Virus record (IMG/VR): IMGVR_UViG_3300037067_008746
Direction: 5' to 3' (one strand)
Length of the DNA stretch: 64,000 bases
Origin: an uncultured virus (IMG/VR IMGVR_UViG_3300037067_008746)
Lineage: Duplodnaviria > Heunggongvirae > Uroviricota > Caudoviricetes
Within the stretch, counting starts at the first letter, position 1; every line of letters starts with the position of its first letter. Positions 51,582 to 62,229 of this stretch are shown piece after piece. The position numbers and the translations under genes are program-made. Under the pieces are notes generated by a model, which saw only the letters and a program-made list of their open reading frames with translations, was not told the DNA's origin and did no database searches.

Positions 51582-51920
51582 ATGTTAATGCAATCAAAAA
51601 TAATAATGGCACTGGACGGGATAAAGCCAGTATCAGTCGCAGACGTGGCGAACACAGTGATGGGACAAAACAAAATAAACATGAAAAAATGTGAGGCACG
51701 CTGCAAATATCAATTAGAGTTGCTGGCAGAGGCTGAAATAGCAGAATCATTCTTTGATGGGAAGAGGAGATTATACAAACTGCGCGACGGCGCAGAGATA
51801 CTGGATGGAACGATAAAACTGAACGGGAAGGACGGAAAAGAAAAATACACGGAAAACGTAAACAAGGTATTACGATTGATGTTGTCAGACGGTGACATAG
51901 TAATCAAGATACTGGTATAA
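51582..51920 (+). CDS. wHTH protein
   Basis: SVADVA...KYQLELLAEAEIAES...RRLYKL. Confidence 0.7.
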   Translation: MLMQSKIIMALDGIKPVSVADVANTVMGQNKINMKKCEARCKYQLELLAEAEIAESFFDGKRRLYKLRDGAEILDGTIKLNGKDGKEKYTENVNKVLRLMLSDGDIVIKILV

Positions 51921-51988
51921 CAAGAAAAATTATTCGCACACATCTTTTTATATGTTCTCAATCGTTCTGTAATACAAGGTGAACTGTT

Positions 51989-52198
51989 ATGTCGAAGACT
52001 ATTAAGCCGGGAGAACTTGCCAACCCGCAGGTTCGTGTAAGGATTTTCAAGAACAAAATGGGATTCATCCACGTTGGAAAGGGAAACCCTGATGCAATCA
52101 AAGCTCAACAGAGTGTGCTGGCTTCCTGCGCTCGCAGCGCCAAGGGACTGAAGGGTGCCGCATTCAGAGCTGAAGTAACCAAGTGCATGAAGAGATGA
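51989..52198 (+). CDS. Small basic protein with PsiF-like C-terminal repeat
   Basis: QQSVLASCARSAKGLKGAAFRAEVTKCMK; own TATA and terminator. Confidence 0.7.
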   Translation: MSKTIKPGELANPQVRVRIFKNKMGFIHVGKGNPDAIKAQQSVLASCARSAKGLKGAAFRAEVTKCMKR

Positions 52199-52205
52199 AC
52201 AGAAC

Positions 52206-52240
52206 CCCGTCGCTTCGCGACGGGACAAAAAACAACTTTT
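52206..52240. terminator. Bidirectional GC hairpin
   Basis: cccgtcgc-ttc-gcgacggg then A-tract and T-tract. Confidence 0.7.
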
Positions 52241-53517
52241 TATGACAAACGTGGAACCAACGGAACTCTTTTTATTTCACCAGCGACAGGGACAACAATT
52301 TCGTCATCTATGACATAATCACCACCATCGACGACAGCACTTATTTTGGTCGAAACATCCACTGGGAGATCAACCGTGATGGGGGCAATGCCAACGATAC
52401 TATCATCGAGTGAAATGATGGCACGACGACCGATGGGGGCAACCGTGATATGGACAGTGCCGAGAGAAACCGGAACTTTTTGCAACGTGTAAACAGGCAA
52501 TTGTCGCTTTGAATTGGTAATATCAACTTCATCGCGAACAGAGCTATATCCAGGAGCAGACACGACAATAACATACCTCCCAACGGGCATTTCTATTTCA
52601 CATGGAGTGATATTATCATTGATAACAAGATCTTCACCGACACGACCGACATAAACCGTGGCGTGAGTGGGTGATGACGTGACCTTAATGGAGCCGAGCT
52701 GCGGCCAACTAGAAATGCACTTGGCAGCGGCCTGCTTGAACTCGACCGGATCGACAAAATGATTTTTACCAAACTTAAGATTAGGTTCAGTGTAACACCG
52801 CTCAAGGGACCACAGGGCAAAGTTAACGTCACCTGAATAAACAGTGCCAAGGACACGTCCATACAGATCATTGGGGGTGTGACGGTCGTAGAACACCGTC
52901 ACATCGCGACCAAGCCAGAAATCATTGGTAGCCTCCATGACCATCTTACCACGCGACGTGCCGCCCTCAGGGCAATCTATGCCAGCGACACGGACTTGGT
53001 GCCTGGTGGGAATAGCACCTTCCATGGCAACCTGCTCCACAGTAAGAGTGTCACCATCAGCGACAAGGACAATCTTGCCTTCAAAACTGCGGCCAACATC
53101 AGTATCATTCTCAGTGCTGCCAGACGAGATGGGAGCGGTAAGACTGGGTATAATTATAGTGTCTTCAAGATAATCAAGCTGCATCTTGATATTATCAATC
53201 TTATATGCATAATACTCTGGCTCATGATCATAGAGCTTGGATTTATTATCTTCAATAAACACCTTGAATATATCGAAATCTTTAGCAAGGGCAAGAAGAT
53301 CCTGCCTGGCAGCAACATAGAGGGCGGATGCATCAGTATTGTACTGCTCATTCTCTTTAGCCTGTTTCTGAACTTTGATGACATTATCAATGCCTCTGAG
53401 GAGGTCTTGCAATCGCTGTCGGGCTTCAGCGACTGTAGTATTGATGTAACCAGTGGACATGGATGAATATTTATGTCGAGGCAGTATAAAGTATTGACTA
53501 TGATAAATAACAGCCAT
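52240..53517 (-). CDS. Thermonuclease (SNase) fused to PEGA domains
   Basis: VADGDTL, VRVAGIDCPE, DLYGRVLG; VTSSPTHATVYV...TPC...GRY...PGY. Confidence 0.88.
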   Translation of the reverse strand: MAVIYHSQYFILPRHKYSSMSTGYINTTVAEARQRLQDLLRGIDNVIKVQKQAKENEQYNTDASALYVAARQDLLALAKDFDIFKVFIEDNKSKLYDHEPEYYAYKIDNIKMQLDYLEDTIIIPSLTAPISSGSTENDTDVGRSFEGKIVLVADGDTLTVEQVAMEGAIPTRHQVRVAGIDCPEGGTSRGKMVMEATNDFWLGRDVTVFYDRHTPNDLYGRVLGTVYSGDVNFALWSLERCYTEPNLKFGKNHFVDPVEFKQAAAKCISSWPQLGSIKVTSSPTHATVYVGRVGEDLVINDNITPCEIEMPVGRYVIVVSAPGYSSVRDEVDITNSKRQLPVYTLQKVPVSLGTVHITVAPIGRRAIISLDDSIVGIAPITVDLPVDVSTKISAVVDGGDYVIDDEIVVPVAGEIKRVPLVPRLS

Positions 53518-53614
53518 GAGTTACTGAAGAAAAAACAGGAAGCAATACAGGCAATTAAGAAAAAAGTGAAAGAAATCGAAAACAAGAAAATGAATCAACT
53601 GAGGGTGAAATAAG

Positions 53615-56600
53615 ATGGTAGACTTCAATGCACTGGCAAACGCAGTGGCATCAAACCAGAACATAGGATACAATGCGACACAGAGCACGCCAGCAGTGAC
53701 TAGAACAATAGAATTCTCACCGACATTCAGTGCAACAAACACGATAACAAACACACTGGCACAGAACGCAGCAAAAGAAGTAAAGAATCTAGCAACAGAA
53801 TTGCAAACAAGAAACACAGAATTAAAAGTGTTGACCGAGCAAACAAAACTACCATCGATAAAAGAATTCACATTAACAGTGGACGACATGCTGGAAAATT
53901 CGTTGAACACGATAAATCTAATAGACCAATCAATCGCATCGGCGGCAAGAAATATAGAAAGTATAACAACTGAAGCAATATTACAGAGAAACCCATCTCT
54001 AAAAGAAATAGAAACGATACAAATGGAATCGCTGGACGCACTTGCACTAATAGATGCATTAAAAGACACGACAAACGCAGATATATCAAAATTGTCTGGA
54101 ACACTGAAAAGTATTGCACTGACAGTTGCAATGAATGATCAAACATGGCTAAAACAACAAGACTTGTCAACGATACTAAACGAAGGATTGAAAATAGGAT
54201 CACTGACATACACGCCAGAAGAAATTCAAACAAACACAACACTGAAGGCAACACTACTAAACAACATATCAAAAACATCCGAGATGGCATACAAAGTAGA
54301 AGACATCACAAAAGACGAAGGATTAAACAGATATCTGAGATCGCTGGGATATATATCAAACGTAGAAGAATTTCAGGGAGCAGTTGCATCAAAGAAGGAA
54401 ATAAACGGTGTAACATTGTTTGAGGCAATGAGAAATTATCAAAAAGAAAGCGGTTCTACCAATGTGCTGAAACCGGTGCTGATGGATGTGGCACGAGGGC
54501 CAATTTCAATAGAAATAATACAGAGCGAAGAACCAATACAAAGAAAGGCAACACGAACAATAAAATTCGATGAGCCAACACAGTTATCTGGATCGCAGAT
54601 TAAGAAAGTGTCGACGGACACACTGAAACCAATTCCAACTGAAAATGGGACATACAAGGCACAACTAACAGATCCAACCGGAAAGGTAACAACACTGCGA
54701 TTTGATTCATTGAGTGATGCACAAACACAAATGGCAATATGGGAATCACAAAATCCAGAAAGCAGGAGAAGACTGTCGGAAATTGTACCAGGGAAAAATG
54801 CAGTGACGTTGGTAGCGACACTCACTAGATATAACAACGAAGGAAAAAAGATAGAAAAAAACACGGCACTGCGGGCGACCGGTAGCACAATAGAAGAAGC
54901 ACAAAAGAAACTAAACAGCACGTTAGAAAAGCAGATAGAATCAGACACAAACAAAGGAATAAAGATAGTAAATGTAGAAATGAAAACATATCACAAAGAA
55001 ACATTCGATGAAAACTTAATAATGGCGGTGGGAGGAACAGAAACACCACTACACGCTGCAAACAACGTGGCAACGCCGTCGAAACAATCATTGACAGGAT
55101 CAGGAGAATTGCTGTATTCGGCAGAAAAGCAAGCAGAAATCGCAGAAGCAATTGCAAAACAGGAACAGACATTTGCGAACACGGAATACGTGAGACTACT
55201 TGAGCCAGGAGAGACGATACTATCAGAGGAAACGAAACAACAAATACTGGCGGAAAAAGAAAAATACCCATACAAATTCGTAGACAATTCAATAACGGTG
55301 ATAAAACAAGACATAGCACCAGCAGAGTACGTGAACATAGAAGGGCACGAAACAATATCAGGTATACTGAATGCAATATACAAGTGGTATCTGCCAGACA
55401 ATGAAAAACTAGCAGCAGACGGAATACTACAAAAATCAACTGTGACACAATACGGCGCATCGTTTATGGACGTGTACGGACAGGGAACACGATCAATGGA
55501 TGCAGCAACGGCATTGACACTGGCGAGAGGGCCGGTGGTAACGACAACCGAATACAAACTGACGGAACTAGGAGAACAGGTGAGGCAAGAGATAGTAGCA
55601 AAGAAACAGAGTGGTGACATATACTTAACAAGCAAAATACTGGACCTGGATGAAAACGATCAAAACAACCTGGTCTATGGACTGGAATTTGCAAACGATG
55701 ATATCCAGCTTGAACAAATGAAAACAGATATAAAAAACATGCCAGCAGTTGAACTCGCAAGAATAAGCAATACATGGTACGGATCAACCGCAAAGGAAGT
55801 AGTCGGGGAAGAAGCGTTTGGTGACGCATGGTTAGATGAAGACGTGATTGCAAGCATCGCACAAATCCATTCGGGGCAAACTGTGCCGAAATTAGAAAAG
55901 ATAATATCAGAAATAACGTCGCCATACATGACAGGAGATGTGACAACGGATTTCGCAGCATTCTTCCTACTGGGGGGAGTGGCTGGTGAAATACCAGACA
56001 TATTCAACGTGGCATCGAAACTGGGAAAAACAGAACTTGTATCAGGAGCACTGCTAAAAGTAGCAGACATAAGCAAAAGCGTCGATAAAGTAGGAGAGTT
56101 CGTAGATTATGCGAAAAACGCAAAGATCGAGATACCATACAGTGTGATAAACAACGCAGTGTTCAATGCAATGCCAATATCAAACATCGCAATAATACCG
56201 TCAAGCGGATCAATATCAAAAGCAATATCATCACCGGGAATGACAGCAGACATAGCAAAACTAGGAACAACGACCACGAACAAAGTAGATGCGAAGATAA
56301 CGACAATAGTACAGGACTACAGAAAAACACTAGACGCCGGGATGAGCAATGATGCAAAAGCGGCAGAACTGGTGTTAAGACTGGCAGGCGACGATAAAAC
56401 GATAGTAAACGCGGCGCTAACGGAATTCATAGGAACAGATCCAAATACAATATACGCAGTGATAAGCAAGGGATCAACGAAAGTAGACCCGGCGACGGCA
56501 ACAACTGTGTGGGAAAGACTGGAAACAGCAAACAAGTCTTACAGCGATTTAGCAGAGGCATTCGTAAAAGACATAATCACAAAATCAGATGGAGATCCGA

Positions 56601-59077
56601 TTGTAGCAGCAAAACAACTTACCGACATGGGAGATAACATAGGAAAAGACGCAGTAAACTATATGATAAACACTGCAATGGCGCAGGGAACAAACTATTA
56701 CAACGATATAACAAACGCAGTTGAGGAATGGTCTAAAATAGACAACGCGGCGACACCGATACTAGCATCACCGACAGGAGCTACAAAGGCGATATCATCG
56801 AAGTCAATAGACCTAGATGTGATAACACCAGATCAGCCATGGAAACTAAACGCATTGAGACGAGATAGCAACAAAGTAGAAACATCGACTGGAAAGGTAA
56901 GAAAAATAGAAGACGTACATGATCTAGCGGCGCTGAGCGATGAAGAAATTGTCGCAATATCAAACAGCGATTACAAATTCGGGATAACAATACAAGATCT
57001 GAGAAACTACAGAACAAAAGCACAAGACATATTGTCAAGAGACGTGAACGCAGAGATAGAAGACGTGACGGAAAAATTAACAGCGGCAGATAGAATCGGA
57101 GATACAGTAAAAGAAACCGCATACAAAAAACCAAAATCAGAAGCAATACTAATAGATATGGATAGATTAGGATTCAAACCGATCAACATGGAAAATTGGA
57201 GAACAGGAGACAAAACGTGGTCATGGGACGCAAAATCAATGAACACATTGAGTGACAAGGACTTCAAATATTTAACAGAGCGAAACCAAAACGAACTTGC
57301 AGTAGTGTTCAGAGACATAACGATACAAGACATAATGAAAGCACCAATAACAAACGAACGAAAGTCAACACTGATACGAAACTTCGCGACATCGATGACA
57401 TCAAATAACGCGGGAATAACAAAGATAGCAGATGCAACAAGATTGAATGAGCTAGTAGCAAAACAGAACAACGAAATAACAAAACTGATGTCAATGACAG
57501 ACAACATGGAAATAAAGAAACAACAAGAACTGATAAAATCAATCAACGAAGAAATAACACTGGAAAAGAACTCGTTAGAAGTAGCTAAATCGCATGTAGA
57601 TACGACTCCAAAAATACCGAAACCATCACCAATGAAACCAGGGAAAACAGCGCCGTCTAAGGCAGCAAACAATGCGCTGAATGAACTAAAGAAAGGAAAC
57701 ATAGACGCGGCAGCAAAGAAACTGGGCGAAGCAAGCACATACAAACGACAAAACCTGATGGCAGACAAAGCAAACTTGCCAAAGTATGATGGAGTAACGA
57801 TAGCAAAGATAAGACGGTTGGAAGGAACAGGAGCGCCAGATTCACTGATAAAACAGATGATGAGAGAACGATCAGAATACGCACTACAACAATTAGCAAA
57901 ACAAGACACTGACATGAAGAAGATAGCATTCAAGCTATCGAAAGGAGACGAATTGACAGAAGCAGAGAGATTGAAATTGTGGGACAACGGCGATGACATA
58001 CGAAAACTCGGAAAAGACGCAGCACACACAGACGATGGAAATCTGTTGATAAAAGGATTAACCGACGACGCAATCAAGTCCGGTGATAAGGCAAGAATGC
58101 AGAAACTGGCCGACGAAATAAAAGCAGACAAGGAAAATTGCGTGAAACTGGGTGAGTGCGCGGGAACATCAGCAATATCATCGACACTATCGAGCGCACT
58201 ATCATCAACACCGGTGTTGGCACTAGGCGTACTGACGGCAGCAGGTCTAACGATGACAACGATGACGGACGCCGATGGAAAGATGTGGAAATACGACGCG
58301 GACAAAGAAACTTACTACGAGATAACACAGAACGGACCAAAGACTGTAGACGTGAAGCATAGCTTGGAAGAATCAACTGAAGGACCAGAGAACGTAAATG
58401 TTGCAATACTACCAGCATGGAAAGCACTGATGAATAGCGAAATACCATTACAATCATGGTACGAAGGATCTACACCAGGATACCAAGGACGAAACGTAGA
58501 CATGGACGAATACATATGTCAGAATTTTGCATTAGATGCAGTCGATGTAATAAACAGTGACACGGACACAAAGAAAGCAAACCTAAAAGCGTATGTAGTA
58601 AATATATACGGAACGATAACAACTGATAAAACGGACATAGTATCACACGCGCTAGTGATGATAGAAAACGGAAACAAAAAAGTTGGTTCGTATGTAGACC
58701 CAGTAACAAAACGATCAGTACCAATATACGAAAAAACACTAATAGAACCACAAACAGGACAAACAAGCTACAGTGGAATAGACCTAACATCAACAAACAT
58801 GATGCTAGGTTCAGAAACATATGACATAGAACTGATACAACAAATGGAAAACACGACGCAAGAACTCAGAATCGGATATGACACGGGAATAGAAGATATA
58901 TCAACAGTGTCAAAAGGAGACATGATAACAAACGTACAAGACGAATACGCACCAGGAATATCACAGACGGTCAGAGAAGCAGTAGATCGCGGAACACCGA
59001 CTGAAATAGCAGAACAAGCACGAATAAGCCCGTGGTGGAGCGAAGGAACAGACAAGAAAATAGTACCAAAAAAGTAA
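53615..59077 (+). CDS. 1820-aa protein with C-terminal papain/transglutaminase-like domain
   Basis: YICQNFA...SHALVM...LIEPQTG; hydrophobic segments. Confidence 0.75.
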   Translation: MVDFNALANAVASNQNIGYNATQSTPAVTRTIEFSPTFSATNTITNTLAQNAAKEVKNLATELQTRNTELKVLTEQTKLPSIKEFTLTVDDMLENSLNTINLIDQSIASAARNIESITTEAILQRNPSLKEIETIQMESLDALALIDALKDTTNADISKLSGTLKSIALTVAMNDQTWLKQQDLSTILNEGLKIGSLTYTPEEIQTNTTLKATLLNNISKTSEMAYKVEDITKDEGLNRYLRSLGYISNVEEFQGAVASKKEINGVTLFEAMRNYQKESGSTNVLKPVLMDVARGPISIEIIQSEEPIQRKATRTIKFDEPTQLSGSQIKKVSTDTLKPIPTENGTYKAQLTDPTGKVTTLRFDSLSDAQTQMAIWESQNPESRRRLSEIVPGKNAVTLVATLTRYNNEGKKIEKNTALRATGSTIEEAQKKLNSTLEKQIESDTNKGIKIVNVEMKTYHKETFDENLIMAVGGTETPLHAANNVATPSKQSLTGSGELLYSAEKQAEIAEAIAKQEQTFANTEYVRLLEPGETILSEETKQQILAEKEKYPYKFVDNSITVIKQDIAPAEYVNIEGHETISGILNAIYKWYLPDNEKLAADGILQKSTVTQYGASFMDVYGQGTRSMDAATALTLARGPVVTTTEYKLTELGEQVRQEIVAKKQSGDIYLTSKILDLDENDQNNLVYGLEFANDDIQLEQMKTDIKNMPAVELARISNTWYGSTAKEVVGEEAFGDAWLDEDVIASIAQIHSGQTVPKLEKIISEITSPYMTGDVTTDFAAFFLLGGVAGEIPDIFNVASKLGKTELVSGALLKVADISKSVDKVGEFVDYAKNAKIEIPYSVINNAVFNAMPISNIAIIPSSGSISKAISSPGMTADIAKLGTTTTNKVDAKITTIVQDYRKTLDAGMSNDAKAAELVLRLAGDDKTIVNAALTEFIGTDPNTIYAVISKGSTKVDPATATTVWERLETANKSYSDLAEAFVKDIITKSDGDPIVAAKQLTDMGDNIGKDAVNYMINTAMAQGTNYYNDITNAVEEWSKIDNAATPILASPTGATKAISSKSIDLDVITPDQPWKLNALRRDSNKVETSTGKVRKIEDVHDLAALSDEEIVAISNSDYKFGITIQDLRNYRTKAQDILSRDVNAEIEDVTEKLTAADRIGDTVKETAYKKPKSEAILIDMDRLGFKPINMENWRTGDKTWSWDAKSMNTLSDKDFKYLTERNQNELAVVFRDITIQDIMKAPITNERKSTLIRNFATSMTSNNAGITKIADATRLNELVAKQNNEITKLMSMTDNMEIKKQQELIKSINEEITLEKNSLEVAKSHVDTTPKIPKPSPMKPGKTAPSKAANNALNELKKGNIDAAAKKLGEASTYKRQNLMADKANLPKYDGVTIAKIRRLEGTGAPDSLIKQMMRERSEYALQQLAKQDTDMKKIAFKLSKGDELTEAERLKLWDNGDDIRKLGKDAAHTDDGNLLIKGLTDDAIKSGDKARMQKLADEIKADKENCVKLGECAGTSAISSTLSSALSSTPVLALGVLTAAGLTMTTMTDADGKMWKYDADKETYYEITQNGPKTVDVKHSLEESTEGPENVNVAILPAWKALMNSEIPLQSWYEGSTPGYQGRNVDMDEYICQNFALDAVDVINSDTDTKKANLKAYVVNIYGTITTDKTDIVSHALVMIENGNKKVGSYVDPVTKRSVPIYEKTLIEPQTGQTSYSGIDLTSTNMMLGSETYDIELIQQMENTTQELRIGYDTGIEDISTVSKGDMITNVQDEYAPGISQTVREAVDRGTPTEIAEQARISPWWSEGTDKKIVPKK

Positions 59078-59091
59078 TGGAGATGATTTAA

Positions 59092-62000
59092 GTGGCAGAT
59101 GCATGTTATGGAGAAGGCGACGCGGTGAGTGAACTACTCACCGCATCAAGCAAAACAACAAAAAAAACTACGGCAATATCGACACCATCTGAAATGGGAA
59201 AAAACAAAATAGACAAGATATTGGACCCACTAAGAACACTAGAAAAACAAGCACAAGAACATATAAATGATGCAAAGAAAACAGCAGAAATCGCTAAACA
59301 GAAACTTGACTATGGGAGCAGTGTAGAGCATGGTTCAGCAGGATCAAAGTTAAATGCAGCATTCGCAGACGCACAGGTAAAAGAATATCTAAAAACATTA
59401 CCAACAAACGAATATGCAAAAATGCACAGTGATGTGCAGGGATGGTTCGGAGGAGAATTCGGAACACAAGGAGCAATGGCACGACAACTAGAAAAGGCAT
59501 ATAAAGACGCAAGAATAGAAAAAATAATGCAATCGTTACCGAACACGAAAACAGGGGAAACAATAAAAGAACATTTAGATGAATTGAGTGGAAGAGGATA
59601 TCTACAAGACGGAGATGTAACACAATTCGATATATTCGACAATAGATTAGATGATATCGCGACTATACGACAGAGTGACATATTCGATACATTAGATGCA
59701 GGTACAAGAAATCTCGACACAAATGACAAGATCGACATCGCATTGAGAAAAATAGAAACCGACACGACACTTCGACAAGAATTGCAACGACTGGGACAGG
59801 GAGGAGAAGAAATATATGAATCATTGACCGATGCCGGAAAGAAACAGGCGTCAATCGCACACAAAACAATAGTAAAAGCGGCAGATAAAGACAAAGGATT
59901 GACATACGCAGACGTGAGATCGGCGCTGGACCAACTGAGAATAATATCAGAACAAGAAAAAGAACTCGCAACAATGAGCGAGACAGCAACACAGTTGAAA
60001 GCGACGATAATACGTGAAAAGTTGCCGACGACACAATCAATTGATCGAATGTTATCACAAATCGAATCGACGCCGAATATGCGAGACAGGGGCACACTGG
60101 AATCAATCGAACGAGACATAGAGAAAAACAAAATATTAGAACCAAAACGACAAGAAATAAGACAAAACGACTTCTACGAACAGTACAAAAATCGATTGGA
60201 CCTGAACACAGAAGAAGGAATAACAAAAGCAAGTGAAACATTAGACAACTACACAATAAAGGCGACAAAAGCGAGAACATTGCTAGAAGCAGACGCCGAT
60301 GATATGAGAATGAGCGCGTCAATGCGTGGAACACTTGAGCGGGGATTGCAAAATCCAGCAAATATCGATGACATGGTACTAAACAACGCCGAAAAACAGA
60401 TAACAGACATATCAAATGATGAAGTAAATATATTAAACGCAATAAAGGCAAGAGACAGAGACATCCCAACATCGATGAAAAACACACTAACCGACCAAAT
60501 AGAAGCGACAAAGAACGGGAAAAAAATAGACGCACAATTGGTGGAGAAGGCAAATAGACAAGCCGATATAATCGAAAACTACAATTTCAACGATATAACA
60601 GCAGACAACATAGGAGAAAAACTAACAGAACTAAAGAAAAATCTAGGAGATAGCGAAGCAAATGAGTTCATGGGAAGATATTTCGACGAACAATTGAACA
60701 AGATAAACAATGCCGTAATACCATTAACAAAAAGACAGAACGCTATCATTGATGACATAACGACAAGCATAAAAATAGAAAAACCGCCGATAGAAAAGGA
60801 GACGGTTGATGAACTAGCAGAGATAGTAAACAAAGTAAATTGGTCAGAAAATCGATTGCTGATGGAAAAAATGAGAGTGTTCGGACCACTAGGATACATA
60901 GACAAGCAAAATATATGGAAGGCAATGACAAAGACGGGACTGCGGCCAACTAAATCAATTTGGGGGATAACAAAATTTGGAGTGATCGGATTACCAGCAT
61001 ATTTCATGTTTGCAGTATTCATAGAACAAAACGCATTTGAGGCGGTGTTCCAATTCGGATCATTCGGAAAAGAAGATGATTCGGCAGAAACGCTATTGTC
61101 TAAGTATTTCGGAAAAGATACAATACAAAAGACATTTTTAGCAGGACACGACTTCATAAAAGCAATATACAATGGAATGGGCGCAATACCAATATACGGA
61201 GAATATTTCCAAGCAATTACTATGATAATGTATTCAAACGTATTAGCACAGGACGGGAATCTGGAAGATATATACAACCACTTGGTAGAAAGAGGATTGG
61301 CAATTAAACTGGACACGCCAGACGAGAAAAACGGACTGCTATGGAGAGAAACAACTCAACTAGAGCGAAACGAAATATATAAAAATGATCCAAAAGCACT
61401 GTTCATGAACGATGCATCATGGGTAGAAAAACAACTTGGAAACGAAAAGACCGGAATATTCAAACGCGGAAAAAGCGGGGAAGAATTGACAAAAACAAAG
61501 GCAATGGCACTATACTATGCAAACAAGGGAGGATACGACATAAGCATAACGAAATTCGGATTAACATCGGACGACTTGAACGACGAATCGATGATGATCG
61601 AAGTAAACAAATACGGAGAAAAACACGATATCAGCGAAACGACAATACCATCTGGAAGTGGTGCAACTACAACGTCGGGAGCATATGAAAAGGCAATTGA
61701 AAACGCAATGAAACGTGAAGGACTAACAAGAGAACAAGCCATCCGAAACGTAGACGCTGAAATAAAATTCATGGGCGACCGCGACGGAATGTCAAGAGAA
61801 GACGCATTACTAAAACTGACCGGGGTCGGGGGAGGAAGCGGAAGCGGCGGTGGAAGCAGTAGTAGAAGCAGTGAAAGCAGCTACGAATACGATGAAAAAA
61901 AATCCGAAACGAAAAAGGCAATGCCATCAGCATCACAGCAGCAATCATTAAACCAGGTGAAACGCGGAGAAAAGGAACTGAGCTACGAAGATGTGAACGC

Positions 62001-62229
62001 ACTGAAAGTAGACGGGAAAGTAGACATAAAAACAGCAAAAGAGAATGGAATCGCCATCTCTGATTTAGCAGCAAAAGACAAAGAAGCAACTGTCGAAGGG
62101 TTCGATGCATACGCTGAACAAATGAAAGAGGACAAGAAGATAGATAAATCCGACTGGACGCAGATGAAAGCAGAAGACAAAGACGCGGCAAGAGAAGCAC
62201 TGCGAAGTGCATACGGATGTGGTAACTAA
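59092..62229 (+). CDS. 1045-aa coiled-coil membrane protein (virion/ejection-like)
   Basis: Helical, TM segment FGVIGLPAYFMFAVFI, Gly/Ser linker. Confidence 0.75.
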   Translation: MADACYGEGDAVSELLTASSKTTKKTTAISTPSEMGKNKIDKILDPLRTLEKQAQEHINDAKKTAEIAKQKLDYGSSVEHGSAGSKLNAAFADAQVKEYLKTLPTNEYAKMHSDVQGWFGGEFGTQGAMARQLEKAYKDARIEKIMQSLPNTKTGETIKEHLDELSGRGYLQDGDVTQFDIFDNRLDDIATIRQSDIFDTLDAGTRNLDTNDKIDIALRKIETDTTLRQELQRLGQGGEEIYESLTDAGKKQASIAHKTIVKAADKDKGLTYADVRSALDQLRIISEQEKELATMSETATQLKATIIREKLPTTQSIDRMLSQIESTPNMRDRGTLESIERDIEKNKILEPKRQEIRQNDFYEQYKNRLDLNTEEGITKASETLDNYTIKATKARTLLEADADDMRMSASMRGTLERGLQNPANIDDMVLNNAEKQITDISNDEVNILNAIKARDRDIPTSMKNTLTDQIEATKNGKKIDAQLVEKANRQADIIENYNFNDITADNIGEKLTELKKNLGDSEANEFMGRYFDEQLNKINNAVIPLTKRQNAIIDDITTSIKIEKPPIEKETVDELAEIVNKVNWSENRLLMEKMRVFGPLGYIDKQNIWKAMTKTGLRPTKSIWGITKFGVIGLPAYFMFAVFIEQNAFEAVFQFGSFGKEDDSAETLLSKYFGKDTIQKTFLAGHDFIKAIYNGMGAIPIYGEYFQAITMIMYSNVLAQDGNLEDIYNHLVERGLAIKLDTPDEKNGLLWRETTQLERNEIYKNDPKALFMNDASWVEKQLGNEKTGIFKRGKSGEELTKTKAMALYYANKGGYDISITKFGLTSDDLNDESMMIEVNKYGEKHDISETTIPSGSGATTTSGAYEKAIENAMKREGLTREQAIRNVDAEIKFMGDRDGMSREDALLKLTGVGGGSGSGGGSSSRSSESSYEYDEKKSETKKAMPSASQQQSLNQVKRGEKELSYEDVNALKVDGKVDIKTAKENGIAISDLAAKDKEATVEGFDAYAEQMKEDKKIDKSDWTQMKAEDKDAAREALRSAYGCGN

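Noticed and set aside
57007..58305. Long minus-strand ORFs rich in S/F/L opposite the giant genes (also 59310-60131, 59663-60553, 60579-61316)
   Set aside because: Antisense shadows caused by the biased codon usage; no RBS or motifs.
53615..62229. Tape-measure proteins of a tailed virus
   Set aside because: No recognisable tail tube, chaperone or baseplate neighbours in the window; cannot be fully excluded.
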